NCBI RefSeq assembly: GCF_036321535.1
Contig: NC_087436.1
Span: forward strand, 42,844,001 to 42,908,000
DNA: 64,000 bases
DNA from: Camelus dromedarius
Taxonomy: Eukaryota
Direction: 5' to 3'
The notes under the pieces were generated by a model. The model was not told where the DNA came from. It saw only the letters and a program-made list of their open reading frames with translations, and did not search any database. Below, piece by piece: positions 13,656-25,899 of the stretch (the stretch's first letter is position 1; each line of letters starts with the position of its first letter). The translations under genes and the position numbers were made by a program.

Positions 13656-14548
13656 TTAGAGTAGACCTGTCAATATGTCTTTTAGCATGGGTTTAGTGTT
13701 GCTAAACTCTTTTAGTTTTGCTTGTCTGTGAAGTTCTTTATCTCTCCTTATATTCTGAAGGATAGCCTTGCTGGATAGAGCATCCTAGGCTGCATCTTTT
13801 TTTCATTCAGGACTTTGAATATGTCTTGCCACTCCCTTCTGGCCTGTAGTGTTTGTGTAGAGAAATCAGCTGAGAGCCTTGTGGGGGTTCCCTTGTAACT
13901 CACTCTTTGTTTTTCTCTTGCTGCCTTTAGGATCATTTCTTTATCCTTGACTCTGGCCATCTTGATTATGATATGTCTTGGTGTGAGTCTGTTTCAGTTC
14001 TTCCTGTTTGGGACCCTCTGAGCCTCCTGTACTTGGATATCTGATTCTTTCTTTAGGTTTGGGAAGTTTTCAGTCATGATTTCTTCAAATACCTTTTCAA
14101 TCCCCTTTGTTCTTTCTTTCCCTTCTGGAACCCCTATTATGCGTAGATTGGCATGCTTTATATTATCCCATAGGTCCCTTATATTGTTTTCATTGTTTTT
14201 TATTTGCTTTTCTCTCAGCTGTTCTGATTGGGTGCTTTCTGTTGTCCTGTCTTCTAGGTCACTTATTCGTTCCTCTGCATTATCTAGCCTGCTTTGTACA
14301 GCCTTTAGGTCAGCTCTCATCTCAGCAAATGAGTTTACTAATTCTACTTGGTTCTTCTTTATAGCTTCTATTTCATTTTTGACATATTTTATATCTCTAA
14401 ACACTATTTCTTTTAGTTCCTTCAGTACTTTGATCTCTCCTTTTTTGAAATCTTGATCTAGTAGGCCATCAATGTCTATTTCCTTGATTGAGCTTTCAGG
14501 GGATTTCTCTTGCTCTTTTAATTGGGAGTGGTTCCTCTACTTCTTCAT
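13656..14548 (-). pseudogene. L1 ORF1p (coiled coil-RRM-CTD), disrupted
   Basis: MKK*RNHSQLKEQEKSPE...RLDNAEERISDLED...IRDLWDNIKHANLRIIGVPEG...ENFPNL...*NRLTPRHIIIKMARVKDKEMILKAAREKQ...RLSADFSTQTLQARREWQDIFKVL...YPARLSFRI*. In-frame stops are at 14537-14539, 13994-13996 and 13748-13750, with a 1-nt frameshift near 13715. Confidence 0.93.
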
Positions 14549-14557
14549 ATTGCTCAT

Positions 14558-15899
14558 ATCTCTCTGGCACTGTGGCTTAAGGAGTATCAGTTATCTAGTT
14601 CTCCTAGAGATGCTGTGCTCTTAATGATTTTATTGAGAGGTCTTTGTGTCTTTGCCCTGTTTCACGTACTCAGCTTGCTGTTTCCAGAGGCCCTCTGTTG
14701 GCGCCCTCATCTGTGCTGCTCTCAGTGGCTGTCAGCTAGCAGATCGTGCCCCCTCCCAACACTGGGTCAGGAGCTGAGCTCTTACCCAGAGGGTAGTTGG
14801 GTCACTCCCCCTCCTGATACCGCAGTCAGATGCTGCTCTCTGGGGAAGGCAGGTGGGCAGATCGTGCCCCCTCCCAGCACCGTGGTCAGGTGCTGCATTC
14901 CTGCCAGGAAGAGGGGTGGCCACCCGCCCTCTCCCAGTGCTGGTTGCTCCACTGCTCTGTGCCACTGCCTGGTCCACCTTGGGTCGACGCTCCGAAGGTG
15001 GGCTCCAGGAAGACCGTAGAATGGCCCCACCCCTGCTCTGTGCCAAATCTCAGCTCCTTGTTTGTCTTGGCAGCGAGAGTTCTCTGAGGTGCCAGGGCAG
15101 AAAGATCCTATCTACCACGGGCTGTAAACAAGTCTCAGTCCTGCCTAGGAGGTTGCAGAGCTCCCGGGTGTGGATTCAGGGCTTGGCACCGCTCCTGCCC
15201 AGGTGCTGTGCACAGGAGGAGATGGGGCTGTGGCTTCACCCCACCTCTCTTCTTGCGAGATGCGCCAGTAATGGTGCCGTGGGTCTGAGGAGACAAAGGC
15301 TATGGTGTTCCTCCCCCCAGGGCACACCAGCCGTGTTGCTTTGCTTTTTTCACAATTTATGGGGGACTGAGGTTGTTCTGCTCCGTATCCCCTCCCAGCC
15401 ACGGTGCGCAGCCCTCTGCGGTCCCCCGGGGCTGCCTCAGTGCATCCGCCCCAGTCCTCTGCCTGGCTCAGGCGGCCTGTCCTGGCCCCCAGCTGCCGGC
15501 TTGCGTCTCAGGCTGGGTATCGTGGGGACCCTTTGTGCCCGTTTAACTCAGTTCTGTCAGTCAAGGGGTGCTCGGGGCAGATCTGAGCCTCGGAGGCTGC
15601 CTCTCCGTCCCTCTCGCCTCTCTGTTGGAGGGGGGAGACCCAGCGAACTAGCGCCAGTCCTTCTTTGCCGTTCCCTCCCTGCGGGATTGGTCCTGCACTG
15701 TTTTACTTTTTCTTCTTTCTTTTTTCCTTTTCTCCTACCAGATTTTTGGCATCTTTGTCTTTCAAAGAGGGTGATGTTTGGTCAGAGTTCGGCAGGTGCT
15801 CTGGTTGGCTGAGTGGGTCCGTAGATGTGAGTTTTGGTGTATTTGTGGGAGAGGGTGAGCTACAAGCATGCTTCTACTCCACCATCTTGCTTCTCTCTC
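14558..15899 (-). promoter_or_regulatory. L1 5'UTR internal promoter, GC/CpG-rich, with YY1-like motif at the 5' end
   Basis: This is the only strongly GC- and CpG-rich segment in the window. Minus-strand CAAGATGGTGG at ~15879-15889 looks like a CpG-decayed CAAGATGGCGG. Confidence 0.75.
14739..14945. repeat. Degenerate ~59-60 bp tandem repeat inside the L1 5'UTR
   Basis: gcagatcgtgccccctccca(a/g)cac occurs at 14739 and 14857 (118 bp apart), with diverged units near 14798 and 14918. Confidence 0.75.
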
Positions 15900-16039
15900 A
15901 CAAATTTTTATATCAACATTTGATTTTAGAATTAAAGAATTATACCAGTCTGAATAAAGATAAAATGAAACAATATGAGTGAAATAAAGTATATATAGTT
16001 TGTGATTTCCAGTGATTAGTATTAAGCATTGATTTAGTT

Positions 16040-16870
16040 GAATAGTGCTAATTCTGTTACAGTTAAAATACTGAAAGACTATAAAGATGAATGAGACATA
16101 GTCTTTGACCACAAGGAGTTTATAGTTTAGGAGGGCAGATAGTGACGTATGCAACTAAAGTACAATGTGGTTGCATAATATAATGAAGCTATTACTGAGT
16201 ACTGTGAAAGCACTAAGGAATAAGCTAAGACTTTACTGAAATACATTGGATGTTGAACAGAATTTTGCCATACAGAAGTAGAAATAAATTGGACTTAATA
16301 GCATTATAGAAAGACAGAATGTCAAAAGAAAAGATCAAATGTTAACGTCCTTGTCACACTTGAAGAATGACAAAATCTGGAATGTTTGGGATATAGTTTG
16401 TGTGTTGGCCATAAAGTTTGGTTGGGACAATAGTAGAGAGTTTTGATATTCTTTATCAAGGAACTTGATTTCTAAGCTGTAGAAAGTAGGGAGTTACTGA
16501 AGATATATTTAGTTGACGCACATCCTTACATGGGTTTCTCTGTGAGATATATTCGGTAATAATAAGCATAATTGTTTAGAGTCAGGAGAAACTGATGTTG
16601 AAAAGAGCACTTTACAGTTTTTTTAATTAATTTATGATTAAGACATGGTAAGTTCCTAAACCACAGTAATGGGAGCAGAGAGGGCAAGAAGGTCAGAAAT
16701 ACCAGAGATATTGTGGAGTCAGAAGCTCTTGGGCAGCAGTTATATTGTGGTGAATGGGGTAGAGGGAGGTTTCTCTGAGGTGTCTGGTTTGGGTGACTAG
16801 AGAGATGTTGACCCCTTTAAGAATGGGGAACAAAGTAGGAGAAAAAAGTTGGGAGAAATTAGAAATTTAG
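16040..16870 (-). mobile_element. Highly decayed L2 fragments
   Basis: acatagtctttgaccacaaggagtttatagtttag; ctgaggtgtctggtttgggtgactagagagatgttg. Confidence 0.55.
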
Positions 16871-18164
16871 TTGATTTGAGAACATGCGATTTTTTTTTTT
16901 TTAAAGGCTGGAAAATACCTATTTTGGGAGATCTTGGACAAAAAACAGAAAATAGAAATATCAAACAACATCACCTAAAATGCCAATCATTTGCTTTTTG
17001 CCCAGAATCGTGATCCTCTCACCATTTGGGCATTTCTCTTCAAGATGGAAGTGGTTGGCAGTGATTATGATTGTCCCTCCTAGACCAGTACTTGAATGTA
17101 GCTAGTCTTGATTTTGGGTCCTGGATTTTGTGGAGGAAGACGGGATAGTCAGATTTGTTCTCAAAGTGTCTTTTGAACAAACAAAATAGTCACTGTGCCA
17201 ACTCTGTCACCTAACAGTGGTTTAGCATTTCTAGCGTGTTCTTTCTCCCATGCTTTCTCCACCAGAGTAAGGCTCACTTCTCACTGGTTCCTCATGCCTT
17301 AGCCAAACATGTATCCTTTATTGACTCAGTAGTTTAATTACTTTAATTGGGTTATATCCTGTCTTACACGTGGGACACTACATAGAGCTCTAGAAAATAT
17401 GAATATGTATTTTGGAGACATTTACATGTAGAGGGTAGTGAGAGTAGATAAACACACCCAGCAGTATGAGGATTATGAAGAGGACCAAAGACAGATGATG
17501 ACTACTTGTAAAGAGCAAGAAGAGTTTTTCTAAAAAGAGCTGTAACAACGATTTTTTTAGATTATTTTTATTCTCAATGTATTTTAACAAATTTTTATAT
17601 AAAATAGCTAAAATTTTGTAGATGAATAAAAGGCAGTTATATTTGGGGACAAAATATTTGGAAATGTACAAAAAACAATATTGGCTTTTTTCATTTTTAG
17701 CAATAATAGGTTAAATGTATTGATTGTAGGTAGACTTACATCAGTTTTTACTCTTACGTAAGTACCAAGACTAGGTTTTATTAACAGACTCACTTTTATT
17801 TGTGCTATAATGAAGTTATTGTACTCAAGGTCATATTTTTTCTTCAGTCAGTTGCCATCCCCCAAACATTTTCTCATTTAAAATCTGATCGTTCCAATTA
17901 CGCACTGAAGTTTGTTAGGAAATTTCCAGGAGAAAAACTCAGGTAAGATATGGTTTTCAAATGTCATTCTCATACGTGTAGATTATTCTGGTGACCTTTT
18001 CTTTTGATATTCCTTTATAAATCTGCCTTTCAAAATTAAATTATATCTCCCAGTCATTTTCTAAGAATATATTCAGAATATGGGCAAGAGAAGTAAGGCC
18101 ATCCCTCCCGCCCCCGCCCCGAAAGCCAGAGAATCATTGTGATTTTGTCCCTTTTGCTCTCTCC

Positions 18165-18332
18165 TCCTGGGGCCATCTGTGTTTTGGTTGTCACAACTTA
18201 GGGTGCCTGTCTGGCCTCAACTGAGTAGAGGCCACGGATGCTGCTCAACGTCCTACAAGGCACAAGACAGCCCCTCGCAGAATTGAGTTATTTGGTCCAA
18301 AATGTCAGTAGTGCAGAGATTGAGAGGCCCTG
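18165..18332 (+). mobile_element. MER20 (hAT-Charlie MITE), partial
   Basis: ttttggttgtcacaact...gagtagaggccacggatgctgctcaacgtcctacaaggcacaagacagcccc...ccaaaatgtcagtagtgcagagattgagaggccctg. Confidence 0.88.
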
Positions 18333-19587
18333 ATTTAAGGTGAGAATGACAACAAGAACAGTAAGACAAATAATGAGACTTGATTTAGCTCTGGACCCTT
18401 GCAGATGTCTACATTTAAAAAACCTAGTCAGGGTATCCCCTTAAATGCAGGACAAGTAGGCACTGATACTTACATAGAATATCCTCTGAGCAAAAGTTTT
18501 TAAAATACTCCCTTTTTTAAAAAAGTAGAAAAATAACCAGTTTGAATATTGGTCATAAATAAGGTGAAGCAGAGATTAGAATTTTGTTTTTTCTAAATTG
18601 TTTGAAATGGTATTTCGATTATGAAACTTTTTTTTATTTAAAATTAAGTGAAAACTATGTTAGTCAATGTTGAAGTAAAGTGAGTAGAATACTTCCTAAG
18701 AATTAGATGGAGATAAATGAGAAATAATTCTCTAGTGAGATAATTTTATCTTCATTGTCAATCACTTAGAACAGTGATTCTTACCTCTTTTAGATCTTAA
18801 ACCTCATTTGGATGAACTTTTGTAGGCTACTGATTCTCTTCACAAAATTTCATAATGATATCTAACTTTTCATGTAGTTTGGAGTATTTACAGACATCAA
18901 TAGAGCCCCGAATATGGACCTTTAGACCATAGATTTCATATTAAAACAAAACAAAATTTATCTTGAAGAAATACAATAAAATGCCCTCTTACTCTTAAAT
19001 GTGACTCTCATGTTAGTCTTAATGGCCTTGTAATTCACAGTTCTCTCAACCCCATCTCCCATCTTACTAAACATGCATTTTGAGGTTGGGATGCACCCTG
19101 ACCATGGAAGGGAGAAATGCCACACAATTCACTGGGGAGTGAAACTCTCAAACAGGAACTAAGCTAACCTCACATTTATTTATGCCTATCTTTACCTTTA
19201 CATTAATAATGCCCCTCCCTTCCAAAAGAATTTGTTAAGAAAATGAATAATGTAAGATATATGTATCTAGGGAAGAGAATAAGCTGCTTTTGAAGTAATT
19301 TAGGAGTATCTAGTTAAAGTGAAGCATAGAAATTGCACTATAAGCAGAAGTCAACCTAGCAGAAACTGGTGCTGACATATGCTAATTACAGTCCTTTAAA
19401 AATCTGTTCATTAAAGCAAGTATTACTAAGCAACATTGGCAAGCCTGATTCCTGACTTCACGTACCAAAGGGTAATGAAATTTATTTAAATAAAATACAG
19501 TAATTCCACCTTTTAACTAATTTTGACAGGTCTTGTCCCCAATTAATCTGAATCAATGATGCATTACTATGATGTAACCGTTGGAAA

Positions 19588-19766
19588 GCATCTCCCAATA
19601 AAATAGAAAAAAAAAAAAAGAAAGAAAAGTGACTCTCTCCTGAGGTCAGAGCATCTCCCAATAAAATAGAAAGCATCTCCCAATAAAATAAAAATAAAAA
19701 AAGCATCGCCCAATAAAATAGGGGGAAAAAAAAAAAAAGAAAGAAAAGTAACTCTCTCCTGAGGTC
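19588..19766. repeat. Complex local direct repeat (A-polyA-B-A-A-A-polyA-B)
   Basis: Unit A gcatc(t/g)cccaataaaata is at 19588, 19651, 19673 and 19703. Unit B aaagaaaagt(g/a)actctctcctgaggtc is at 19621 and 19740. Confidence 0.95.
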
Positions 19767-19914
19767 TTCCCATAAACTAGAAAATGTTATTTTTTTTTGA
19801 GACAGTAAAGGAATGGAATGTTTGTGTTGGAGTTACTTGTTTTTAATTTGGGAACATTTTAATGTTTCAGTGGTGAATTTTAACAGGATTACTCTGGCTG
19901 CTGTGAGGCTGACT

Positions 19915-20440
19915 GTGTCTCTGCTCAGAAACTGCTCAGTGGCTTCCTACTTAGAGGACAAACCCTAGTGTCCTCACAATGGCCTGAGACCCTATGTAAG
20001 GGTCTCCCACCCCTTTACATTCTTGATTGTAGCTCCGCTTTTCTCCCTGACACTTGCTCTGTTCCAGCCCCTCTGGGCTCTGTGGGTACTTCAGCTGTGC
20101 CCTGCATTCCTTCTGAGGGTACAGCTCCCCAGCGGGCATGCAGGCTCATTCCTTGAGGCCTCTGCTTGACCATCACCTCATCTGGGAGGCCTCCCCTGAC
20201 AGCTCTATGTCAAAGAGCAGCCTCCTTCCCCTCTGCCCACCGCACACTCCCTCCCTCCCTCCCTTGCTTTTTTTTTTTCCTCTCCAGCACTTACCATGGC
20301 ACTGTATGTTTAGTTGTTCTTTTGACTATTTTTACCCACTGGCGTATAAAACCCCACGAAGGTAGGGACTTCGCTTGTTAACTGTTACAATACCTAAAAT
20401 AGCACCCGACCTAGAGTCTGCTCAGTTAAGAAATGTTGCA
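19915..20440 (+). mobile_element. L2 LINE 3' region
   Basis: ctctgctcagaaactgctcagtggcttcc...catcacctcatctgggaggcctcccctgac...cccacgaaggtagggac...acctaaaatagcacc. Confidence 0.8.
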
Positions 20441-21143
20441 ATGCATGGGTGCACACATTTTTACTAAGTTAAGTTTAGATAATCTGACGGGGAACGTAAA
20501 CCTCTATTGATAGAAGAAAAGCATAACTTTTAAATTATGACACAGTTATTTAATTCAAGGACAGGATTCAAGTAGAGAACTTTGGTTTCCTTCTGGCTAA
20601 AGTGAGTTTCAGTAGCTTAGGGAAAGCCCACACCTAAACAAAGATTATAAAACCAGAGAGCAAACTTAAGGTTCCCTATCTGGTTTGGCAGGTCAACAAA
20701 CCATCAGTCAGCATAGCTCTTTATATGGCCTGGTTTTCCTGAGTAATCCCTTATCACTTAGTCTGAAATACCCATCCTTTGGGCTGGAATCTTGGCCCAC
20801 ACCTATCTTGGTGATCTTTGAGGTATTTCCCATGTAACTTGGAGAATCTGAAGAAACTTTGTCAGGAGTGTCAGTGTCTCGCTGTCTCTTTTATCTGGCA
20901 GACACCAAAAACTGCTTGCTGCTTCCCTATCTTCCTGGGAAGCATGCTAGTGATACCCCAGGAAGCGATAAATGTCACCAATTTCCCTTTTGCCAGATCA
21001 CCTACTGATCCTGGTTGGTAAGCCTCATTCTTAGACATTTATGGGGTGGCCCTTAATTTAACTACTCCACTCTTCAAAGCAAAACCCTACTTTTCAGATG
21101 AATTACCAATCTGTAGAGGCCCCTGGGAGCCCTGCTGTGGAGC

Positions 21144-21484
21144 CAGGATTGGCCAGCTTTTCCTGTAAAGCACCCAGTAGTAAATATCTTAGGCTTTGCT
21201 AGCCATGCCTTCTCTTGTCCTAGCTATTCAGCTTTGCCAGTGTTGTGCAAAGCAGCCATAGACTCTTCATAAATGAGCAAGTGTGACTGTCCCAATAAAA
21301 CTTTGTATTTACAGACACTGATATTGGAACTTTATTTGTTATATGTCATAAAATACTCTTTTTGGTTTTTTGTTTTACAACTATTTCAAAATCTAAGAAA
21401 GAAGAAACTATTCTATTTATAGACTATATAAAAATAGATGTTGAGCTAGATTTGGTATGTGGAGCATAATTTGCCAAGCCTTGC
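21144..21484. mobile_element. MER58B-like hAT MITE
   Basis: caggattggccagcttttcctgtaaag...gtaaatatcttaggctttgc...gcaaagcagccatagac...aatttgccaagccttg, with inverted termini, ~340 bp. Confidence 0.85.
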
Positions 21485-23334
21485 TCTAGAGTCTAGGAGA
21501 TCTCTTTGTGGGTTATTTGGACCTTGAATATCTGCTAACTCCTAATGCTCTGTTTCCTGGGCCTGGGGAACAGCTTCATCTTTGTTTCCTGGCCATCTTG
21601 TATATTCTGAATCTCAGAGGACACAGCTAAAATATCTGGGTACAGTGATGACCTGAATGGCTTTCCATTTCTGAAGTCTTCTAATTCAGGAACATAGTTT
21701 CATTTCAACTTTGATTTCTGATTTAGTGCTGTTTCAGATTCTAGGTCTAAAATGATAGGAAAAGCCTTCACGCTGCGGCTCGGTTTCCTTTTGTTCTGGC
21801 TGTTGATCTTGCTGTTACCTCTGCCCCTAATTACCGTTGACTGGATTTCTTGCCCTGCAGTGAGAAGTAGATAGTTGCTGCTCACCTCTTGCTGCCTTGT
21901 CAGCCAGAGACCACACTGAGGAAACCTGTGCATGGTGGATTTGGTTTAGAGCTTGAGCTGATGACACTCAAAGCTTACCTGTATTCTTTTTCACTTGAAA
22001 ATTGATCATCTGTTTCAGATCACCTCTGATTTTACAGACACGTATGTACTATTTCTAAAACAGTTTTGACCCTGACTTTCCTCATACTTTTAGACTTTTG
22101 GCTTGTGCATAACCCAGGCCAGCTTTGTCTTCGCTAGGCAGATTTGCTGCTCTCTAAGCCATAAGTCTGACAGCGTGTTATTTTTTCTGTTTGTTTTGAT
22201 ATTTTTGAGGTGTTTTTCTTTTTGAATCTAATCTTTCTCTCACTTTTCCCAAAACACTGAGTCTAGCAGGGTCTGTACCTCTGATGAAATTGAAGGTAGA
22301 ATAGCCTCAGTTGAGAGCTTGCTTTTCTTAATAACACAAAACCATTCTGACAATAATGGGTGTAAACTAGAATGAACTGATTTTGACGTCATAGAAGACC
22401 CTTTCTATGAAAGTGTGGAAGAGAACATATTGCTTTCATCTTGATTTGCAAGTATCTCATGAGGATATTCCCTCTCCCCTTTAGGTCTACTTGCACTTGT
22501 AAAGCTGACCTGGATCCCCTTAAATACCCTGCCTAGTTTCGTTAGAGTGGGGCAGTGTAGTATGAGCACTGGTGGGGAGTCTGATATTACTCAGAAAGGG
22601 TGCTGCTGCTCTGAACACGTTGGCCTTTCAGGTATGCTCGGGGAAGTCAGCAGACTGCATCTAGGCACAGAGCCATTCCAGCAGGTTATCAAGATGGGCA
22701 GTGGAAGGCGAGGGGCTGGTTTCCGCTGTGAGAGACACTGACCCACCCTTATTCACTCACTTGTGTGTAAACATAGACCACAAGCTGCCAGTGATGGTTG
22801 ACAATTCTTATTTTGTGTGTCGACAGCTTATCAGAATTCCCTGGCCTCAAAGGACCATTAACACAGTCCCAGACCCTGTCCTCCTGCAGGTGGTTGATAC
22901 TGCTGGCATGGTTTTTGTTTTCTGACTTGCTGTTCCTGGGCTTGGACCATTTGTTCTACACTTGAAGTCTGAGCTTGTGAGCCCACAGGCGTGACTTTGC
23001 AGATAGCCCTGTTTGTGACCTGAACCTGTGACTGCTGCTTCTGGCCTTGACCTTCCGTCCTCCTCTCTCTCCACAGTAATGCTTCTGGCCTGGCTTGGCT
23101 TTTCTACTCCACTTGCCTCTAGCATCCTGGAAGACAGAATTACTCATTTCCATTGAAACATCACATTTTTTTTAGCAGCTATTTAAATAGATATAAATAG
23201 AAGAAATATAACTGGTATTCTGAGATTTTTCACTTTTGTGAATTCATTTATTTGGTATTTTAATTTGTGGTCTTCGAGTTATATAACATAGCGATAATTC
23301 CTACATTGTGTGTGTGTACATTCATGTATACACA

Positions 23335-23541
23335 CAACTGACCCTCAACTTGGGTTTGAACTGTGTAGGTCCACTTATAGGCAGATTTTTTTCAATAAAT
23401 ATGTACTACAATACTACGTAATCTGAGATTGGTTCACCCTGTGGATGTGAAACCAGTTATGGAGTGTTGACTGTAGAGTTATACACAGATTTTTCACTAG
23501 AGGATCAGCACCCCTAACCCATGTTGTTCAAGGGTCAACTG
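23335..23541. mobile_element. Tigger2-derived MITE (TcMar)
   Basis: TIRs caactgaccctcaa and gttgttcaagggtcaactg followed by TA; internal gggtttgaactgtgtaggtccacttata. Confidence 0.85.
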
Positions 23542-25089
23542 TATGTAACTATTATTTTTTTTTAATATATAGTGTTCTTTCTTTCTTGTTTTTACTTTTA
23601 AATTGTAGTATGTCTCCTATTTCACAAATATATTTTAACCTTTACCCCGTGTTCATTTTGCAGAGGACTTTGACAATCATTACTTAGCCTAGCACAGATT
23701 GTATCGATTTTATTAAGTCTGCAATAGCAAATTTGCTGCCTTAGTATTTTTCTACTGTTACTAGAGACTCTTGACAGCATTTTATTGCAAAAGATAACAT
23801 TTTTTTAAAACTTACCTTGAGAAAATATGAAAATAGTTCATATAGTGTTTTAATATCACATGATATTCAAAATGGCTATATTAATGCATGACCCGCTAAC
23901 TTCAGGATCTGAAAGGCTAGTAGCTCCCTGAGTGAAGAACTGAGGAAATAGGCAGTGGGAAATAGATATTCCAATAAGTCAATCTTCCAATCCATGTCAG
24001 CCAGTAAGATTCTTAATGCTGCCATGTGTATAGTCGTACCAAGTGCATGATCCTTCAGAGATCAAGAAGCGGGACCTGGCTTCCAGCTATTTCTGGAGAA
24101 ATGATATCATCCAGTGCCCTATGGTGGAAGGAAGGTCTCTCTTGTCCTCACCAGCTCCCAGAGATAGCCTAGGAAGAGAAAGCTATGGTTTCACAACCCC
24201 TTCATGGAGAAGAAAATCAGTCTTTAGGCTAGGTGATGAACATTGCACAAAAAAGAAAGATAAATAGCTCCACTCCCCCTGCTTGCCACAGCTGACCTGG
24301 AGAGATTCTGGATATTCTGAGGCAAGTTCTCTTTGAAGGATGTACTTTGTATCAGTTTAGGTTTAATTCAGCCTGAGGTGCCCAGTTATCTGCTTCTGAT
24401 GGCATTTGATGTGTGAGGAAGATGGGAGGCAGGAGAGTGGTGGGGAGGGAAGGTTCTGATAGTGGCCAGATGCTCCCTGACATTCTATAGCTCCGATGGT
24501 GGTAACTCTGTATTCCTCCCACCACCCTCCACTTTCACCTCACTTTAAGATTATGGCTTCTTTGAGATAAAAATAATTCTATAGAGCCCATCCTGAATGG
24601 AAATCCTACTGAATAACTGAAATACTCAAAACTCAACTAGTTTCCTGGTGTTCCTAGAATGCAGCATAATTGGGGGTGAGTTAGACTAGCAGCGGGGTGG
24701 CTCTGAAATGCTCATATATATAAGATTCGCTTGATAAAAGTGCATATTTGTTGGCTTCAACATCACAGATTGACCTGGGGGGGTGGGCTCTTGGAATCTG
24801 CCATGTATTTGTTTGCTTTTCTGGTTTATTTGCTTATTTGTTTAGTCAAGCACCAGGGGATTCTAATTCAAGTTTTCAAGGATCACAATTTACAAAAGGC
24901 ATTGATCTAGAGATGATGTCACGAAGAGCTAAATCCCCAGTAAAGCTTGGGGCTGGGAAACTTGTATTCAACTCTGGTAGATCAGTAGACTCCTTGTCTC
25001 TATCTTTTCCATACTAGGTTTAAAGAATGAAAACTTAAGATTCTTAGCGATAACCTGAAACCTCTTGTGTCTCAACACTCACCATAATG

Positions 25090-25310
25090 ATCTTACTTAA
25101 TTTTTCCAACAACTACTCTGCAGGTATTAATATTATCTCCATTTTTGACCAGTCCAATTAATATTAAGCACCCATTGTGTGCCTTGCCCAGATGAAGAAG
25201 CTGAGTCTCAAAAGAGATTGATTAATTTGTCTGAGGTTACTTAGTTCACAAAGGGTGGAACCAGGATTCGGATACATTTGTTTGATTCCAAAGTTCAAGT
25301 TTCTACTACA
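25090..25310 (-). mobile_element. MIR SINE (interrupted)
   Basis: aggtattaatattatctccatttt...cagatgaagaagctgagtctca...ggtggaaccaggattcg. Confidence 0.7.
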
Positions 25311-25899
25311 CAAACCTTCTGTTCTTCACTTCCTCCTCTGCTCAAAGTCATGTGAGCTCCCTGTGCGGCTGTATTACTTTTAATTTAAATAAAGCACCAG
25401 AATGTGACCAGCAGGCTACCAAATATCGTTGACATGTAAGGGGTTTCCTACCTGTGCGGGAAGTTGGGACATTTACCCATGAAAATACTCAGCATTGCAA
25501 AGGAGTGTGTAATTAAGTGCCCAAATTAGATACAGAGAGAGGAGAGAGGCTCATGTTGTGTGTGAAGTGTTTTATGCAGGATATTGGACAGATTTGAATA
25601 TCTCAAAGGACAAGATTTAAGAGAGCTGGGAGCAATGTTGTTCCCAAATCATGGAAGTTTGAAATGAGTCAGTTCTGTGGATAATGCTGGGTAATTATCC
25701 TTCTGCATTTTAACAGTTATTAACACACAATTATCTATGTAAGTAATCCCCTTGTTCCCTTCCCATGGAACACTTTTGGAAGAAGAAGCACTCTTGTTTC
25801 CGTTTCATTGGCCTCTCATTCAGGCCCCTGCTCCTGTGTTCCAAAGACTGCTTTCGTCATGATCACCGATCATCTTGCTCAGTGGAGCCTTTTACGTTC

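Larger units (their letters stand above)
12822..15899 (-). mobile_element. L1-derived element: GC-rich 5'UTR + ORF1 + short spacer joined directly to ORF2 C-terminus and 3'UTR (ORF2-deleted, HAL1-like)
   Basis: The 5' end GAGAGAAGCAAGATGGTGGAGTAG is at ~15898 on the minus strand. ORF1 spans 14548-13656, the junction is at 13512/13513, the ORF2 remnant ends at stop 13145-13147, and the T-rich tail is at ~12822-12850. Candidate TSD acaaatt is at 12815-12821 and 15900-15906. Confidence 0.93.

Noticed and set aside
14853..15812. 319-aa + strand ORF and overlapping 80-165 aa ORFs
   Set aside because: It starts at GTG, lies wholly within the GC-rich L1 5'UTR where stops are rare, and gives a low-complexity P/R/L/G/C-rich product with no recognisable domain. 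An ORF0-like role cannot be supported from sequence alone.
19588..19766. CRISPR-like repeat-spacer appearance
   Set aside because: The context is a mammalian intron, spacing is irregular, the spacers are themselves duplicated or poly-A, and there are no cas genes.
23179..23190. Palindrome CTATTTAAATAG as a MEF2 site
   Set aside because: It has six central A/T bases rather than the four in CTA(W)4TAG, and such motifs arise by chance in AT-rich DNA.
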